This document shows, piece by piece, positions 1-13,894 of a stretch of 64,000 bases of DNA. The stretch comes from Octopus sinensis (lineage: Eukaryota), in the NCBI RefSeq assembly GCF_006345805.1, contig NC_042999.1, positions 109,802,001 to 109,866,000 of the forward strand, written 5' to 3'. Position numbers and translations under genes: made by a program. Numbering within the stretch: position 1 is the first letter of the stretch; each line of letters starts with the position of its first letter. Under the pieces are notes generated by a model. It was given only the letters and a program-made list of their open reading frames with translations. It had not been told where the DNA came from and ran no database searches.

Positions 1-708
1 TAGCAGAAGGACACATTGGATAGAAAGTGGATCTTAAATCACAAGTGTTATGAAAAAAAAAAAAAAAATTCTTTCATTTTATATATCATTTTGATACATT
101 ATTTATATATTATCTTAATATGTTTCACAATGCAACAATATATTTTCTATGAATATTCTGTCTAGTAATTATGTAAAAAAAGGCAAATCGAAATGGTTTT
201 CAATTATGGTAGGCAAGGCAAAATGGCTGTGAATTTGATAGAATAAGATTTGAACTTGTGCCATGGCTTCTAATCCTAAGAAAACTGAAGTGTAATCTAT
301 GTTTTCCAAGAAAAGTATGCAATACCTTTTCTAGCAAATTTTGCAGAGTATAATGACTTAGTCAATTTAATAACTTATTCCATCTACCATTGCTCTCTTA
401 CATGTAGGTTTAAATGCAAAATAATACATACAAAAACGCCATACCTAACACAGCTAAGGGTTAGTGGCATGAAGGACATCTGATTGTAAAACAACATCTC
501 AGGAATATATTCATGAAACCCATGACAGTATGAGAAAATGGAAATTAAAATAAATGAATGATGTCCACAAGTTTTGAAAGCAATCAGTATATTATCTCCA
601 GAAATTCTTGCAATCTGGTCATAGCTATATTGGTATGAAAAAGCACTCAAAAACATGTGTTTTAGTAGGTAATAATATGCACAATGAGGTATGCATGGTT
701 TTCTAAGT

Positions 709-1200
709 ACTGAAATACCTCATTTTATGAGGACCCACTTTATGAGACTCTGGGTTTATGAGTTTTATTCTTCAAGCAGAGGATCCAAATTTTGAACGAT
801 GTGCAAGAGTTTCTACTACCATAACAAATGCTTCAGCATGTTACTGAAATCTACAAGTCTGTCTATGAGTGCTTGTGAATTGATGATCATGTCTTCAACT
901 GATGGTGTGCACAAGTCTAGTGCCAGTGAAAGTGATTCAGAAAACAATTATAATAATAATATTTTTAATTATAAATGATCTTGGCATCCTTTTTACTTTA
1001 CATAAAATATTCTTTATATTCTACTGTTATTTTATTGTCATTTATCTATGTGTATAATAAATTTTATAGGTAAAATATTTTTCTGGGAACGAATTGTAAT
1101 TCATAATATTGTTACTATGGGAAATTATTGCTCTGCTTTACGAGTTTTTGCTTTACAAGCGGTCTATGGGAACAAATTAACTTGTATATTAAGGCATTAT
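709..1200 (+). mobile_element. Decayed Tigger/pogo-like non-autonomous DNA transposon
   Basis: 773-852 translates QAEDPNFERCARVSTTITNASACY*NL, resembling the Tigger1 transposase C-terminus (DPNxER...NA..CYR; the TGA is probably a decayed CGA). Degenerate Tigger-like termini at ~709-760 and ~1138-1200. Confidence 0.6.
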
Positions 1201-1556
1201 TCGATTATGTTTTGCGACAATTTTAACACTGGAGGAAGATTTTGTTTGTATGAGGTAGTTTATGTTACTATGTGTTTCTTTCAATTGGTAACACTGATTT
1301 GCATGTTTGCCTACATTTGGTGGCATTGAAAGATATTGATTTTCCTTTTATCATCCCCACCTACCCCCATGATCAAAAACAAGGTTAGATGGTAGACACC
1401 AGTCACTTGTAATGTCTTCATAATCTGGTACATATCATCAAGAGAAATGCTATTTTCGATCTCCCTCGCCCTCCCACACAAAATTTAATGCTAAGTTATG
1501 GCCAAGAATGTGTTGCAAGTAATTCCCTAAATTCAGTCTTCAGTGACACGCTAGAG

Positions 1557-1605
<49 letters not shown>

Positions 1606-1627
1606 TAATAATAATATTAATAATAAT

Positions 1628-1842
1628 GGTTTCAAATTTTGCCACAAGGGCAGCTTTTGTGGGGAAGGGATGAGTCGATTACATTGACCCCCAGTGTTTC
1701 ACTGGTACTTAATTTATTGACTCTGAAAAGATGAATGGCAAAGTTGACCTCAGTGGAATTTGAATTCAGAGTATAAAAGACGGATGAAATACTGCTAAAC
1801 ATTTTGCCTGGCATGCTAATGGTTCTGCCAGCTCGCCACCTT
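1628..1842 (-). mobile_element. tRNA-derived SINE family A, flanked on both sides by (AAT)n
   Basis: Reverse complement reads GGCGAGCTGGCAGAACCATTAGC...GAATTCAAATTCC...GCCATTCATC...AAGTACCAG. About 25 related copies in the window. (AAT)n at 1558-1627 and 1843-1917. Confidence 0.85.
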
Positions 1843-1879
1843 AATAATAATAATAATAATAATGATAATAATAATAATG

Positions 1880-1919
<40 letters not shown>

Positions 1920-2419
1920 CCAGAGTCAAGTTTACCATCGACTAGTAAGAAGTAATGATACCTCTCCTCAGCTCATGAAAGTCTTCCAACCACTTCCCTG
2001 TTCTTGTCATTATCATCATTATCATAAATGCAATTGTCATTGTCATCGTCATAAATAAGATTCTTAATTTAATTTAGCATCTATTCCTTCGTAACTGAGG
2101 AGTGATTAAATGTATCTGCCTGGCTACAACTGTCACTGCATATCAACTGTAAAGAGTTGAAAGCAACATTTTGTAAATTGAAACATGGAGAAATAGAAGT
2201 TTGGGTTTTATGGCTACAACGACTTTCGTATAATTTTTAAACCATTGAGCCAACAAGAAAGACTCTATGTTAGTAATTCGCAAGCATTTTTTTACATATG
2301 GACCTCTTTGATTCTTATTTTACTCCTGTGGACCCTACTAGCCTTCGATGTTTAAAAAAATCCTATTATATTTTTATAATCAAATATTATTAGGAATTGA
2401 ATTTTTTTTTATACTATCT

Positions 2420-2787
2420 GTTTCATTCATTAGACTGCAGCCATCCTGGGGTACCACCTTGAATTGACCCCAGTACTTATTTTTTAAGCCTGGTCTTATT
2501 CTATTGGTCTCTTTTGCCAAACCACTAAGTTGTAGGGACGTAAAGACACCAACACCAGTTATGAAATGGTGGTGGGGGTACAAACACAGACAGAAAGATA
2601 CATATACACAGATATATGTACATATATATATACAATGGGCTTCTTTCAGCTTCCGCCTATTAAATCCACTCACAAGGTTTTGGTCAGCCTGAGGGTATAG
2701 TAGAAGAAACTTGCCCAAGGTCCCATGCAGTGGGACTGAACCCAGAACCATGTGATTGGGAAGCAAACTTCTTACCACACAGCTACT
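2420..2787 (-). mobile_element. tRNA-derived SINE family B
   Basis: Reverse complement has GCTGTGTGGTAAGAAG (A box), GGGTTCAGTCCC (B box) and ACCTTGGGCAAG; matches the full copy at 18088-18500. Confidence 0.85.
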
Positions 2788-2920
2788 AAGAAAAATTATC
2801 AAAATATTTTGTGCATTGAAGAAGTATGACCAAGTTATTGCAGATAATTTTAACTATAAAATATTATATGGTCCCCCAAGGACCATATGGGACCTAATTG
2901 AGAACTCCTGCTTTATGAAA

Positions 2921-3102
2921 TAGCTAAACCTGTTAAAGATAGCGGCTTCATCTCCCTCAAATCCCACTCTGTCATCTTAAAAGAGAAAGGACACATTGGA
3001 CCATGCTTATGTAAGTATACAAAGATATGGGATGGTTACGACTGGAAAGCTTTTGATCGTAGGTCTGCTCAGTTAAGGTGGATCTAGGATTAAACAACAA
3101 CA
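2921..3102. repeat. Interspersed repeat family E
   Basis: Motifs CTCCCTCAAATC..GGACACATTGG..GGGATGGT..GATCRTAGGTCTGCTC..AAACAACAAC recur at 31360-31570, 33150-33500, 38480-38685 and 39530-39720. Confidence 0.65.
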
Positions 3103-4761
3103 AGTCATGTCCACAGTACATAGAGATTAGGACAGAAAACGGCACTTGAGTGTATGTCGTAAATGTTGGGGAGTCAGATGAGGAATTTTAGGATATTCAG
3201 GTCTTATTTGTTAATTTGAGCACAAAAGGTTTTGGAACTGGAAAGTCATAACAAATGTTATCCAGTAGTGCTAACTAATCTTAACCATAAAATTTTAATT
3301 TAGCAGCAACATGCATGATGATGAAGATGATGATGATGATGATGATGACAATGATGATGGCAGTAATAGTGGCAATATTCCACAAATACTTGAAAAATTA
3401 GAGAAGTTAATAATAAACTAATTTGAAATAATCAGTGTGAAGCACTTTTGAGTTATCTCAATAGGATTCTCTAATTCATTCACCTCTCGTCTTTTTCTTT
3501 CTTCCTTACCTGATTTCTGTTTTATTGCATCTCTTAACACATTTTACCTATTCCTTCTTTCCACCATCTCTGTCTGTTAATAATTTTTACCCCACCCCAA
3601 CCCCCATCTCTTTCAACGCACTCTTTATGTTTCATATGCCATTTCCAACCTCTACTGTACAATCTGCTTTACCCACACTTTCCCTTTCTCTCTCTCTCTC
3701 CTTTCATTTGTCTCTACTCTGTAGATCGTTCTCCACCTTTAATATTTCTTTTTTTTTTTGCAAATTTTTTCTCTTTATTTTTATCCTCCCATTCCCAGCA
3801 TTTAACTGGGGTCTCTAAACTGTGTCAGACAATCAAAAGTACTTTTTTTCTCTCTATTGATAAACAACAATAACCAAAATATGGAGGTAAAGCAAAATAA
3901 AAAAAATAATCAAGTAAAAAAAAATAAAGAAAATATTAAATAAAAGCTATAGTAATATTCCATATCATGTGGTTCTTAGGGGGGAAATATTAGAATTTCC
4001 AGAGAGATGTACTACAAAGTCTCAGCAAGGATAAATGCCTTGAAGGTTTTTCTTGACGTGCTTATTTCTTTGAATTAAGGTTCTTGCATTATTTTGATTG
4101 TTCTTGACCAATTATCTGTGATAATAAAAACCGCACATCTTCTGCACCTCCTATAACCATCAGGGCTGAGTATGTCAGTCAGAGCCACTTTAAAGTAACT
4201 TCACTCAAACTATATGACCTTTGAAGTCTTTCATTAATAAACCCAGTAGGATGTTTAAGAGGTGACAAAGAAGGTTTTTGAAATTCTCCCACACTGTCTC
4301 TTCTTCCATGGTGATATTAAGCACAACTGTCCCTCCTTCAATAATGATAGAAAAACTATATTTTAAGCAATGCTTTTCAGTAATTTCAAATATCCTTTCT
4401 ACCCATGAGTTGAAGGAACTACAGAAAAATTTATTGCTGCTTTGAGAAAAAGAAAGAGTAGGAAAACATCGTTATGTCAACAGAAATTATTAAACAAGTT
4501 TTATTTATTTACATATTTATTCCATTCCTTTTTGACTTTTTTCAAAAAAAGAAATTTAATATACAGTATGTTATGTATTTATTTAGAATTATTCCAAAAA
4601 TCAGAAACATAGGGATTAGTAATATCAGCTGTCCTTATATAATGAGTTCAAATCCTGTTAAGATAACTTTGCCTTTCACATTTCTAACTCAATAAAATAC
4701 ACTATTTAATTGACTAAACTCACTGCCCTAAATTGTCCTTGTGTTTAAGTTTAAGTGTCTA

Positions 4762-4826
4762 TTGTTATTGTTGTTGTTGTTGTTATTATTATTATTATTA
4801 TAATTATTATTATTATAATTATTATA

Positions 4827-4867
<41 letters not shown>

Positions 4868-5039
4868 AAAAAAAGTGAAGGTAGCAAGCTGGCAGAATCG
4901 TTAGCATGCCAGGTGAAATGCTTAGCAATATTTCGTCTGCTACTCTGTTCTGAAGTTCACATTCCACTGAGGCCAACTAGTCCCCTCTCGCAAAAAGTTT
5001 CATGGCCTTGTGCCTTCAGTAGAAAGGATGATGATGATG

Positions 5040-5071
<32 letters not shown>

Positions 5072-5280
5072 GGTGACAAGCTGGCAGAATCATTAGCACA
5101 CTGGCCAAAATGATTAGTAGCATTTGGTTGGCCATAACATCCTGAGTTCAAATTCTGCTGGGGTCGACTTTGCTTTCATTCTTTCAGGGTCGATAAAATA
5201 AGTAACAGTGAAACACTACAGTTGTCTTAATCGACTAATCCCCTATCCCCAAATTTCAGACCTTGTGCCTTTAGTAGAAG

Positions 5281-5325
<45 letters not shown>

Positions 5326-5465
5326 TCTCAAGTTCAACTTTGCCTTTCATCCTTTCGGGGGTCAATAAATTAATTACCATTGAAACTCTGGGGGGTTGAT
5401 GTGATTGACTAGTTCCATCCCCCAAATTTCAGGCCTTGTACATATAGTAGAAAGGATTATTATTA
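4762..5465 (+). mobile_element. Tandem array of three family A SINE copies (two partial) separated by (ATT)n
   Basis: Copies at ~4878-5030, 5070-5285 and 5328-5460, each ending AGAAAGGATTATT or similar. Confidence 0.85.
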
Positions 5466-7726
5466 ATTGTTTATTTATTTATTTAAATTCCTTTTTGCTT
5501 AATTTTCACTTTCGAATGAAACATTTCACCCAGTAATTTCACCTGGCAGCCTAGGAACTGAATCTGATATTTGAAGGCCTCATTTTAACTACTGAAAGTA
5601 TTAAGGTGCATTTACATGGATAAAGGCATTCAAAAATATCAAATAAATATATTTCAGAATCTAATATGAATTCTATGGAGTAAAACAAGAAGATATGTAT
5701 GTTTATATATGAGTGTGTACGAGTGTGTGCATGTGTATGAGTGTGTGTGTGTGCATGTGTGTGTGTGTGGCACCTGTACTTTTTATCAAATGATATTCTA
5801 CTAGATGTCACTACGGGGGTCATAGTCACTAATTCTGTAGTACAAGTGACGGAAACAACTTATATAAAATAGGTGATTAATAAAATACTTAATAATTTCT
5901 GATAATAACAATATATTTGACACTGCTTAGGATAATCTATTTCTTTTATGGAAACTCTGAGGTGAATCAATTAAGAAGAAAAAAAAAAAAAATTTACAGA
6001 AATATTCGAACCAAAATCTAAGTTAAAAAATGGAATATTGGCATGCAGAATATCCTTGCAAAGAAAACATAATTGAAAATATCGTAAGAACACGTCAAGA
6101 AAATGTATTCTTTGAGCAGCTGGTGAACTGTTTCCTTTCTTTCTATATACACACATTTGCAGCCTCTTGGAATGAGAAAAAGCAACTGTATCACTAAGAT
6201 TATAACATGGACTTCAGACAGGGTCATCTTAACAACACTATTAACCCCCGAATAAAGCAATTTACAGGGCCCCTACATACAAAACTACAGCATACATTAG
6301 CACAGAGCTCCTAGACCTGTGGGTGCCCTGGGCAACTGTTCAATGTGTTCATACCTTAAGATAACATAAACTATGGATAACAATTAAAGGAGTCATTTTT
6401 TAAGAAAAGAAGATTAAATAAATGAAATGTTTTTACAGTTGCATTGTTACTTACTTTAGAACAATTATTCTGAGAAACAAGGATGCAACATTGAGTCAAA
6501 GATATAGCTTATACTAAAATTTGAGTGAAAGTAAAAAAATGTTGATATGACATATATATAACTGGAAATTATTTATTCATATTTTATTTTTGTTTAGATG
6601 ATTTTTCCATTGAGGAAAGAAAAATTGCTTTATCCTCTGTAGGTTAATCGTTCATTATTATCATTAATTTGTACAGATTAACAAACCTATTATAAGGAAA
6701 ACGTATTTGAGCTGCATCATGAGGACTCTTGTGAGAAGCCTCACCATGGGCTGCTATTATCATCTCTGAGATTAGCTGATCCAAAATAAGTTTTGATCTT
6801 CACTTGTTTTTGAAACACTAGCTCCATGTTCTTCTACTTTTAACATAAATATGATGATTTCTTGTGATCTATTATACCATTGTGAGTACAAAAGATTACT
6901 TGGAATTTTTTCAGTTTCCGTATATTTTTCATACAAACACAACATAAGAAAGTATGTGTGTGCACATGTGTTCATGCATGCATGTGTGTATGGCTAACAA
7001 GCTGAAGTATCAAAGAAAGAGAAAGCCAAACAATATAGCTCAGTGACTAGACAGAAGAAGCAATCTGTTTAATTCAACAGTAGAAGTTTAAGTAAAGATT
7101 CCTACAAAAGAAAAATGAAGTAGAAAATGTAACAATAAAAACTTCTTTTACAGTAAGATAATTTTTTGAAATTGTTTCCTAAATAAATGAGTGTTGTAAT
7201 AGAAAATTTAATCATTTCATTTAGGATTCATAAATTGGCTTCTCCGTATACAGTCCTAATATAATGGTAATACAATTTTGTAATAATAAGTTGAAAAATC
7301 TATTTTAAAAAACTAGAATATGCTACAATACAGAGAAATAAAATCAAAACAATAAACAGGAATATGGTGCTGGATTCTCCATCAGTTTCTATAAGGAGAA
7401 TGCAGTTACTCTACTGATTACATTAATGTATATATGTGGCTGAATGCTTCACTGACATGTGATAAGACTGGACCTTTGAAACAAATGTACATTCAATGAT
7501 GAGCTTCTATACAGTTTGTATTTACCCAGTTGCACAAGAAGGCTGACATTGATCCAAGATCAAGGCAAAAGACACAAACATGTCTAGGAAGGGATCAAAC
7601 AAAGCACCTCATAATTGCAAATACTTCTTAACCACTTGCATCCACCAAAGTAATAGGGGATAGTTACATCTAATCTAGTAGATTATAATTTCATATATCT
7701 ATAAGAGGTGGTGATATATGTGGTTC

Positions 7727-8108
7727 GGAGGCGCAATGGCCCAGTGGTTAGGGCAGCGGACTCGCGGTCGTAGGATCGCGGTTTCGATTCCCAGATCGGG
7801 CGTTGTGAGTGTTTATTGAGCGAAAACACCTAAAGCTCCACGAGGCTCCGGCAGGGATGGTGGTGATCCCTGCTGTACTCTTTCACCACAACTTTCTCTC
7901 ACTCTTACTTCCTGTTTCTGTTGTACCTGTATTTCAAAGGGTCGGCCTTGTCACTCTCTGTGTCACGCTAAATATCCCCAAGCACTACGTTAAGGGTACA
8001 CGTGTCTGTGGAGTGCTCAGCCACTTACACGTTAATTTCACGAGCAGGCTGTTCTGTTGATCGGATCAACCGGAACCCTCGTCGTCGTAACCGACGGAGT
8101 GCTTCCAC
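7727..8108 (+). mobile_element. Young tRNA-derived SINE (family C) with 11-bp TSD
   Basis: Head GGAGGCGCAATGGCCCAGTGGTTAGG...GGTTTCGATTCC; CpG-rich; perfect direct repeat ATATGTGGTTC at 7716-7726 and 8109-8119. Confidence 0.92.
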
Positions 8109-8179
8109 ATATGTGGTTCATAGAAATATGCTGGCAGATTCTTTTTAATATAAAGGATAAATAAGCAATGTTATAATAA

Positions 8180-8400
8180 TCCATCATCATCATTTAACAT
8201 CTATTGTCCATACTGGCATGAGTTGGACAGTTTGACCAGGGCTGGTAAGCTGAGGGGTTGCACCAGACTCCAGTCTGATTTAGCATGGTTTCTACAGCTG
8301 GATGCCCTTTCTGGTAACCATTCTGAGAGTGTAATGTGTGCTTTTGCATGCCAATGGCACAAGTGCCAGTTGCATGACACCAGTATCTACCACAGACTTC
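8180..8400 (-). mobile_element. RTE LINE 3' end fragment
   Basis: Reverse complement matches the AAGGGCATCCAGCT...CATGCCAG..GTTAAATGATGATG tail seen at 27950-28075. Confidence 0.7.
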
Positions 8401-8759
8401 TCATAAAACATAAATATAATTTTCATAGTAAGTAAAAATATTAAAGAATTTAAATGCAAATTTTGTTCATATTTTGTATCTCTTAAATGCTTATTATATG
8501 TATCACTTACATAAAGCAAATCTGGCTTATTGTGACATCCAAACACACAAAGAACATAAGATAAATATATGTATATGGGTCAATCTCCTTATTTCGGGAA
8601 AAATATATGGTTTATGAGCCTTATAAAAGGAAAAATATATGGTTCACTTTCTCCTTATGTCATAGACTCAAATAATTTCTAATTAGTGGTAGACAAGTCT
8701 CCTGAATAAATAACTCAATTAGACAAATTAAGTTGCTCTGTGAGTCCATTTGTATATGT

Positions 8760-9030
8760 AGAGATGCATGGCCTAGTGGTTAGAGTGTTGTACTCAAGAT
8801 CACAAGACCATAGTTTCAATTCCTGGACTGGACAGTACATTGCTTTTTTAAGTAAAACACTTCATCTCATATTGCTCTGCAATTACTTCAACACCTGATG
8901 TGTCAGACAGTATGTACCTGCTCAGGCAATATTGATGGGGTGTTGATGGAGTGAGTAAGCTAATGTGCAACACGTAGATTTGATCACTATAAACAAATCA
9001 TGTGCAGGTCATTCAACAAAACAGGAGATT
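8760..9030 (+). mobile_element. tRNA-derived SINE family D
   Basis: Head GCATGGCCTAGTGGTTAGAGTG...GTTTCAATTCC, then AGTAAAACACTTCAT; related to 9068-9316 and 25897-26185. Confidence 0.7.
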
Positions 9031-9067
9031 CCATCATACACACAATAATAATAAATAAATAAATAAA

Positions 9068-9316
9068 TGTGCCCTTTTAAAGCCTAGCCAGGCTCATGGG
9101 CCTGGTTTTCCGGTTTCAATGGTGTATGTATTCCCCAGCTGGATGGGACGCCAATCTATCGCAGCATTACTCATTTTTGCCAGCTAAGTGGACTGAAGCA
9201 ACGTGAAATGAAGTGTTTTGCTCAAGAACACAATGCGTCACCCGGTCCTGGAATCGAAACCACAATCTTACGATCATGATGCTGACACCCTAACCACTAA
9301 GCCACGTACCTCCACA
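9068..9316 (-). mobile_element. tRNA-derived SINE family D with a different tail
   Basis: Reverse complement GGAGGTACGTGGCTTAGTGGTTAGG...GGTTTCGATTCC...GAGCAAAACACTTCATTTCAC; tail GGCGTCCCATCCAG is shared with 56123-56428. Confidence 0.8.
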
Positions 9317-9494
9317 TATACATATATATATGAAACAAATCACATGATTAGGGGTTTGACAATGCAGAAGACAAAAAGAACAGGATGCTTTTGGAAAGCA
9401 TTTCTACATCTGTCATTGAGTTGGATTTGTATGTAGGTTGGAAAAACTTAAGCATATTTTGCATCTAGAAGATTAACATTTTAATAATAATAAT

Positions 9495-9715
9495 AAGAAT
9501 TCTTTCTACTATAGGCACAAAGTCTGACACTATGGAGGCAGGGAGGGGCTAGTCGATTATATTAACCTCAGTGTGCAACTGGTACTTCCTTCATCAACCC
9601 TGAAAGGATAAAAGGCAATGGCAGCCTTGGAGGAATTTGATCTCAGAACATCATGACAGGCAAAACCACTAAGCATTTTGTCTAGTGTGCAAACCATTCT
9701 GCAAGCCTGCTGTCC
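9495..9715 (-). mobile_element. SINE family A
   Basis: Similarity to the other family A copies. Confidence 0.75.
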
Positions 9716-10153
9716 TCCTCCTCCTCCTACTACTACTACTGTTACTGCTGCTGCCAATAATAATAATGGTTTCCAATTCTCATTCATTATTATCAACAAC
9801 TGTATGTAACTAAAAATATTAAATATAATAGGCTTTACAAAAGTCAGTTTGTAAGTCAGGCATAGTTAATCCATTTTAATATCTACTTTTCCATTCTTGC
9901 ATAGATAAGACAAAATTTACTGAAGCAAATTTTTTTTTATGACCAGATGCTCTTCCTGTCACCAATCCTCCTTTTGGAAACATTTAAGTAAGATAATATT
10001 TCCCTGCATGCTTTGAACATGAACAACACAATGGCTGAATGTGCTTTTACAGAAAATTGCAAACAAAGGATGCCATTTTGTAAGGTTTTGTTTAAACTCA
10101 GTGCATAATGGCAGGGAAATGCAAATACACACATGCTTATATACACACACACA

Positions 10154-10358
10154 CGAGGGGGTGCTGGCTTTAAGGCTATCACCAAAGGCCTGGTTGGAGG
10201 CCTAACCTTCCAAGTTCTTTTACAGGGCTTAGAAAAACTAAAGGACCACTGCAATAAATGCATCAATCTGACAGGGGAATATGTTGAATAAAATCATAAT
10301 TAACCAATTCTGTATTTTCTTTTACCCAAAACCAGGAACTTTTCAGCACTCCATCTTC
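10154..10358 (+). mobile_element. Mariner-derived internally deleted element
   Basis: 10223-10291 translates QGLEKLKDHCNKCINLTGEYVE*, a typical mariner transposase C-terminus. Termini CGAGGGGGTGCTG and CCAGGAACTTTTCAGCACTCC are degenerate TIRs. Confidence 0.75.
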
Positions 10359-11059
10359 TATATGTATGTATGTATGTATGTATTCATACATTCATACACA
10401 TGACAAACTTCTCTCAGTATTGCTTTACAAATTTCACTCACAGAGCTTTGTTTGGCCCAGGGCTAGAGTAGAATATACGTTTCACTTGCCTAAGGTGCTA
10501 CACCAGTGAGGCTGAAACCACATGGTGCACAGGGAACTTCTTAATCACACAGCCGCACTTGTGCCTATAGACAAAGAACTATTCATGCTTTTATCTATGT
10601 TGCTAGCTTTTGCAAGTAGACTAAAAAGTTCATGGATTATAGAACTGAATCTTGTTTTATCCTTGAGAAAAACACAAAACTCTTCCTGCCTTACGTTTAT
10701 TTACCAGTCTATGAATAAAATAATTAAAGGGTGATAATTTAGTTCTAGTGTGTTGTTCTAAATTTAAATTCGGGATAGCTTATTGATTTAGAATTCTAAT
10801 ATTATATTTTGTCAAGACTGTCCTAGCTATGCTTGAGAAGTGATAATAGTGAAGTATTTCCCACAACATGAGCATATGTATGTACTTGCACACATGCATA
10901 AGCAATCACTTACCCAAGTATACAAATGTACCAGCTTTCATACAAATTATTATATATATATTTATACCAACAGTGATATTGACATAAACATACACCCTGA
11001 AGTATTCTTTAATGTTCTGATAGTCTTTTAATCACTGTTAGTGAAGAGAACCATCCTGC

Positions 11060-11260
11060 CATTACAACCTTATGCTTAGGGTGTTTTGAAAAGCAGTTGT
11101 TATTAAGGTGCTAGCATCTGCATATCATAAGCCATTTAGTGCACACCGCTCTATAAAAACAACAGCAGATAGAGCATATTTTGTCTTGATGGAGGAAGCA
11201 GATGATTCATATTGACAAACTGATATTTGATCACAAGAAAATAATATTCTTCCTTAATTC
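11060..11260 (-). mobile_element. Highly decayed non-LTR reverse transcriptase remnant
   Basis: Minus strand NGL*YADASTL around 11116-11124 resembles RTE NNLRYADDTTL, preceded by an RQ..ALS..F-like segment. Confidence 0.35.
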
Positions 11261-12799
11261 TTTCTTAAGTTGCTTTGATTCACATAAATTCTCTTTAGGG
11301 AAACTCCAACTGCAACTTTCACACAGTTTTCCCTCCAGTTATTGTCATTATAAATAGGTTCCGGTTAGTTATTAATGCCTAATGTGAATGTTCATATCTG
11401 CTGCAGATAATTCATTGCATTTCAGGACAGGAAACTTAAGTTTTTGCATGTCTTAATCCACCAAGCTGTTGAGAATAGGTAAGTAGATCTGCAGAGGATG
11501 CTATCATCCAGAAAGAAATACATTTCACTGCTGCTCAATAGTTATGAAACTGGAATTAAACTTGAGTTTCATGAGAGAATGAGGATTATAAGAAAACTTT
11601 CAAAATATGATGAAAAAATTACCATTTCTAAAACCATGGTAAGATTCAATACCCAGCACTTATTTATAGGCTGCATACAGTCCATCATATTTAAAGACAA
11701 GATGTGCCCTCTCAAAACAGTACAAATCTTGCCAAATTTTAATTTCTCAGAATGTCAGCTAGATTCTAACAAGATAGAGAATATATTCTGCTATGAGTGT
11801 AGGGAGGAATGAAGAAGCTGAAGATACAGACTCACTAATCATGACGAAAAGACCAATGACTAAACCACTCAGCCAATACAACTGATCATGTAAAAAAAAA
11901 AAGAAGTGTAAAAGCGTTCATAATCTTCAATTATTTTAGTAACTATATTGATAATATAAAGATTTGAATAAAATGCCAGACACCTCAAAAGTAATTTGAA
12001 AAAGAAATAAAAATGAAATTAAAGTTGAAAAAATTGTAGCTTTGAATGATAATTTATACTTTAAGAAATTGTTCTAAAAGGTTAACAATATAATGTAACC
12101 CCTGCCTGATCTCACCCCACTACCATTTGCATTTGTTCTTCATGAGAAATTATGCATTTGATCCCCAACATAGGATTCTCTTCCTTTTCCACTACACCTC
12201 TCTTTAGCTCTTTACTCTAATAAGCTAGTCAGGCTGTCTGATCTTTAATTAGTCCCTTTACTCTCTTTATTTCTATCAATTCAGCTTGCTTGATTTTGGT
12301 ACTTTGTTGCATCCTGGCACCAGTCACTAGTAGTTCCAATATCTTTACAAGCCAAGAAATTCACTCTATCATTATACTTTGAGATAAGGACAACCTTCAA
12401 AAATTAACAGCTCCACCCTCTTTTTCAACTAAACAGTTTAACTTTTAGGTCATTGAAATAATAATAATATTGAAGCTAATGGAGACAATTATAATAGCAA
12501 TAACCAACAGCAACACTTAAGTTAATGTCTCAATAAGGTATGAAGATTTACGAAGTTATGGGGATGGGCAACCAGAAGGTGGTAGCATTCATGCACTTTT
12601 CATAGGATTAGCATGTTATATGAAACTAATGTAGTCAAGAATTGAAATTAGGATGGGAGAGGATGCATTTGCCAGAACATAATTTTGCAACATGCATTTG
12701 GTAATGCCAATAATAACAATAACAACTACTATTAATTAATAGCTGTAACTAATGATAAAATTATATAGACATAACCCTACACTTATGAATATGCATGTA

Positions 12800-13215
12800 G
12801 GTGTGTGTTTAAGAAGTTAGCTTCTGAACCACTTAATTTCAAGTTTAGTCTGACAGCAAGTTTCTTCTGCTATAACCCTGGGTTTAATCAAAGGTTTGTG
12901 AGTGGATTTTGTTGGTGAAAACCGAAAGATGCCTGTCGTGTGTGTGTGTGTGTGTGTGCGTGCGCGCGCATTTGTATCTCATTGTCTTGATATATGTGAT
13001 AGTTGTAGATGAGTTTCACCATCATACAAACAGTATCATTGTTCATTTCCAGTCTTCTGTGAAAACATGTCTGGTCATGGTAAAATATTACCTTGCATGC
13101 AAACACGTGAGGGCTGGAGACAGGAAGGGCATCCAACTATAGAAAATCTGCCTCAATAAACTCCATTTGACCCATGGAAGCATGGAAAAGTAGAAGTTAA
13201 AATGATGATGATGGT
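12800..13215 (+). mobile_element. Family B head joined to an RTE-type tail (SINE variant)
   Basis: GTGAGTGGATTT..GAAA head, (TG)n, then CAGGAAGGGCATCC..GCATGGAAAAG..AATGATGATG. Similar variants at 9870-10130(-), 45310-45715(-) and 49590-49870(-). Confidence 0.7.
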
Positions 13216-13547
13216 GAATGTACGAGCTGACAGACACTGTATTATACTCTCTTTCTTTCTCTCTCTCTCTCCTCTACTTAACATACATAACCATACATCC
13301 ACTGAAAGAGCCAATTTTACAGGTTCATTAACTCTGTCATCACAGTTAAAACAACTGTTGAATATTGACGCAGTGGAGGTGGTGATGATGGATTATTATG
13401 GAGATAACGATAATCATCTCAGATTGTGATACTCGTTATTTAAAAATAAATCTACAATTGTTGATTCATTCTGAGTTGCACATGACAATTTAAACTATCT
13501 AATATAAGCAAACAAATATGAGTAAAATCAAAGAGAAAGCTAAGTGA

Positions 13548-13773
13548 TAATGGTTTCAAATTTGGCACACGGTCAGCAAATTTTCAGGGAAATTTTAAGG
13601 GTAAATCAATTACATTGACCCCAGTGTTCAACTAGTACTTATTTTATCAAACCTGAAAGGACAAGCGGCAAAGTTGACCCTGGTGACATTGGAACTTAGA
13701 ACATGAAGTTGGAAGAAATGCCGCTAAGCATTTTGTCCAGCACAGTAATGATTCTGTCAGTCCACCACCTTAA
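13548..13773 (-). mobile_element. SINE family A
   Basis: Similarity to the other family A copies. Confidence 0.8.
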
Positions 13774-13894
13774 TAATAGCTGTCAATTATATGTGTTTAA
13801 ATCTCATTGATTATTTGGATATTAAGCTGGATGGAATATATAAATAGGTATTTACCATTTGTATTGTCATAAAAGGGGAAACATAGATGATTAA

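Noticed and set aside
4180-4418. Minus-strand acceptor followed by a ~70-codon open frame
   Set aside because: Phase does not fit exon 3, there is no donor before the stop, and no recognisable domain.
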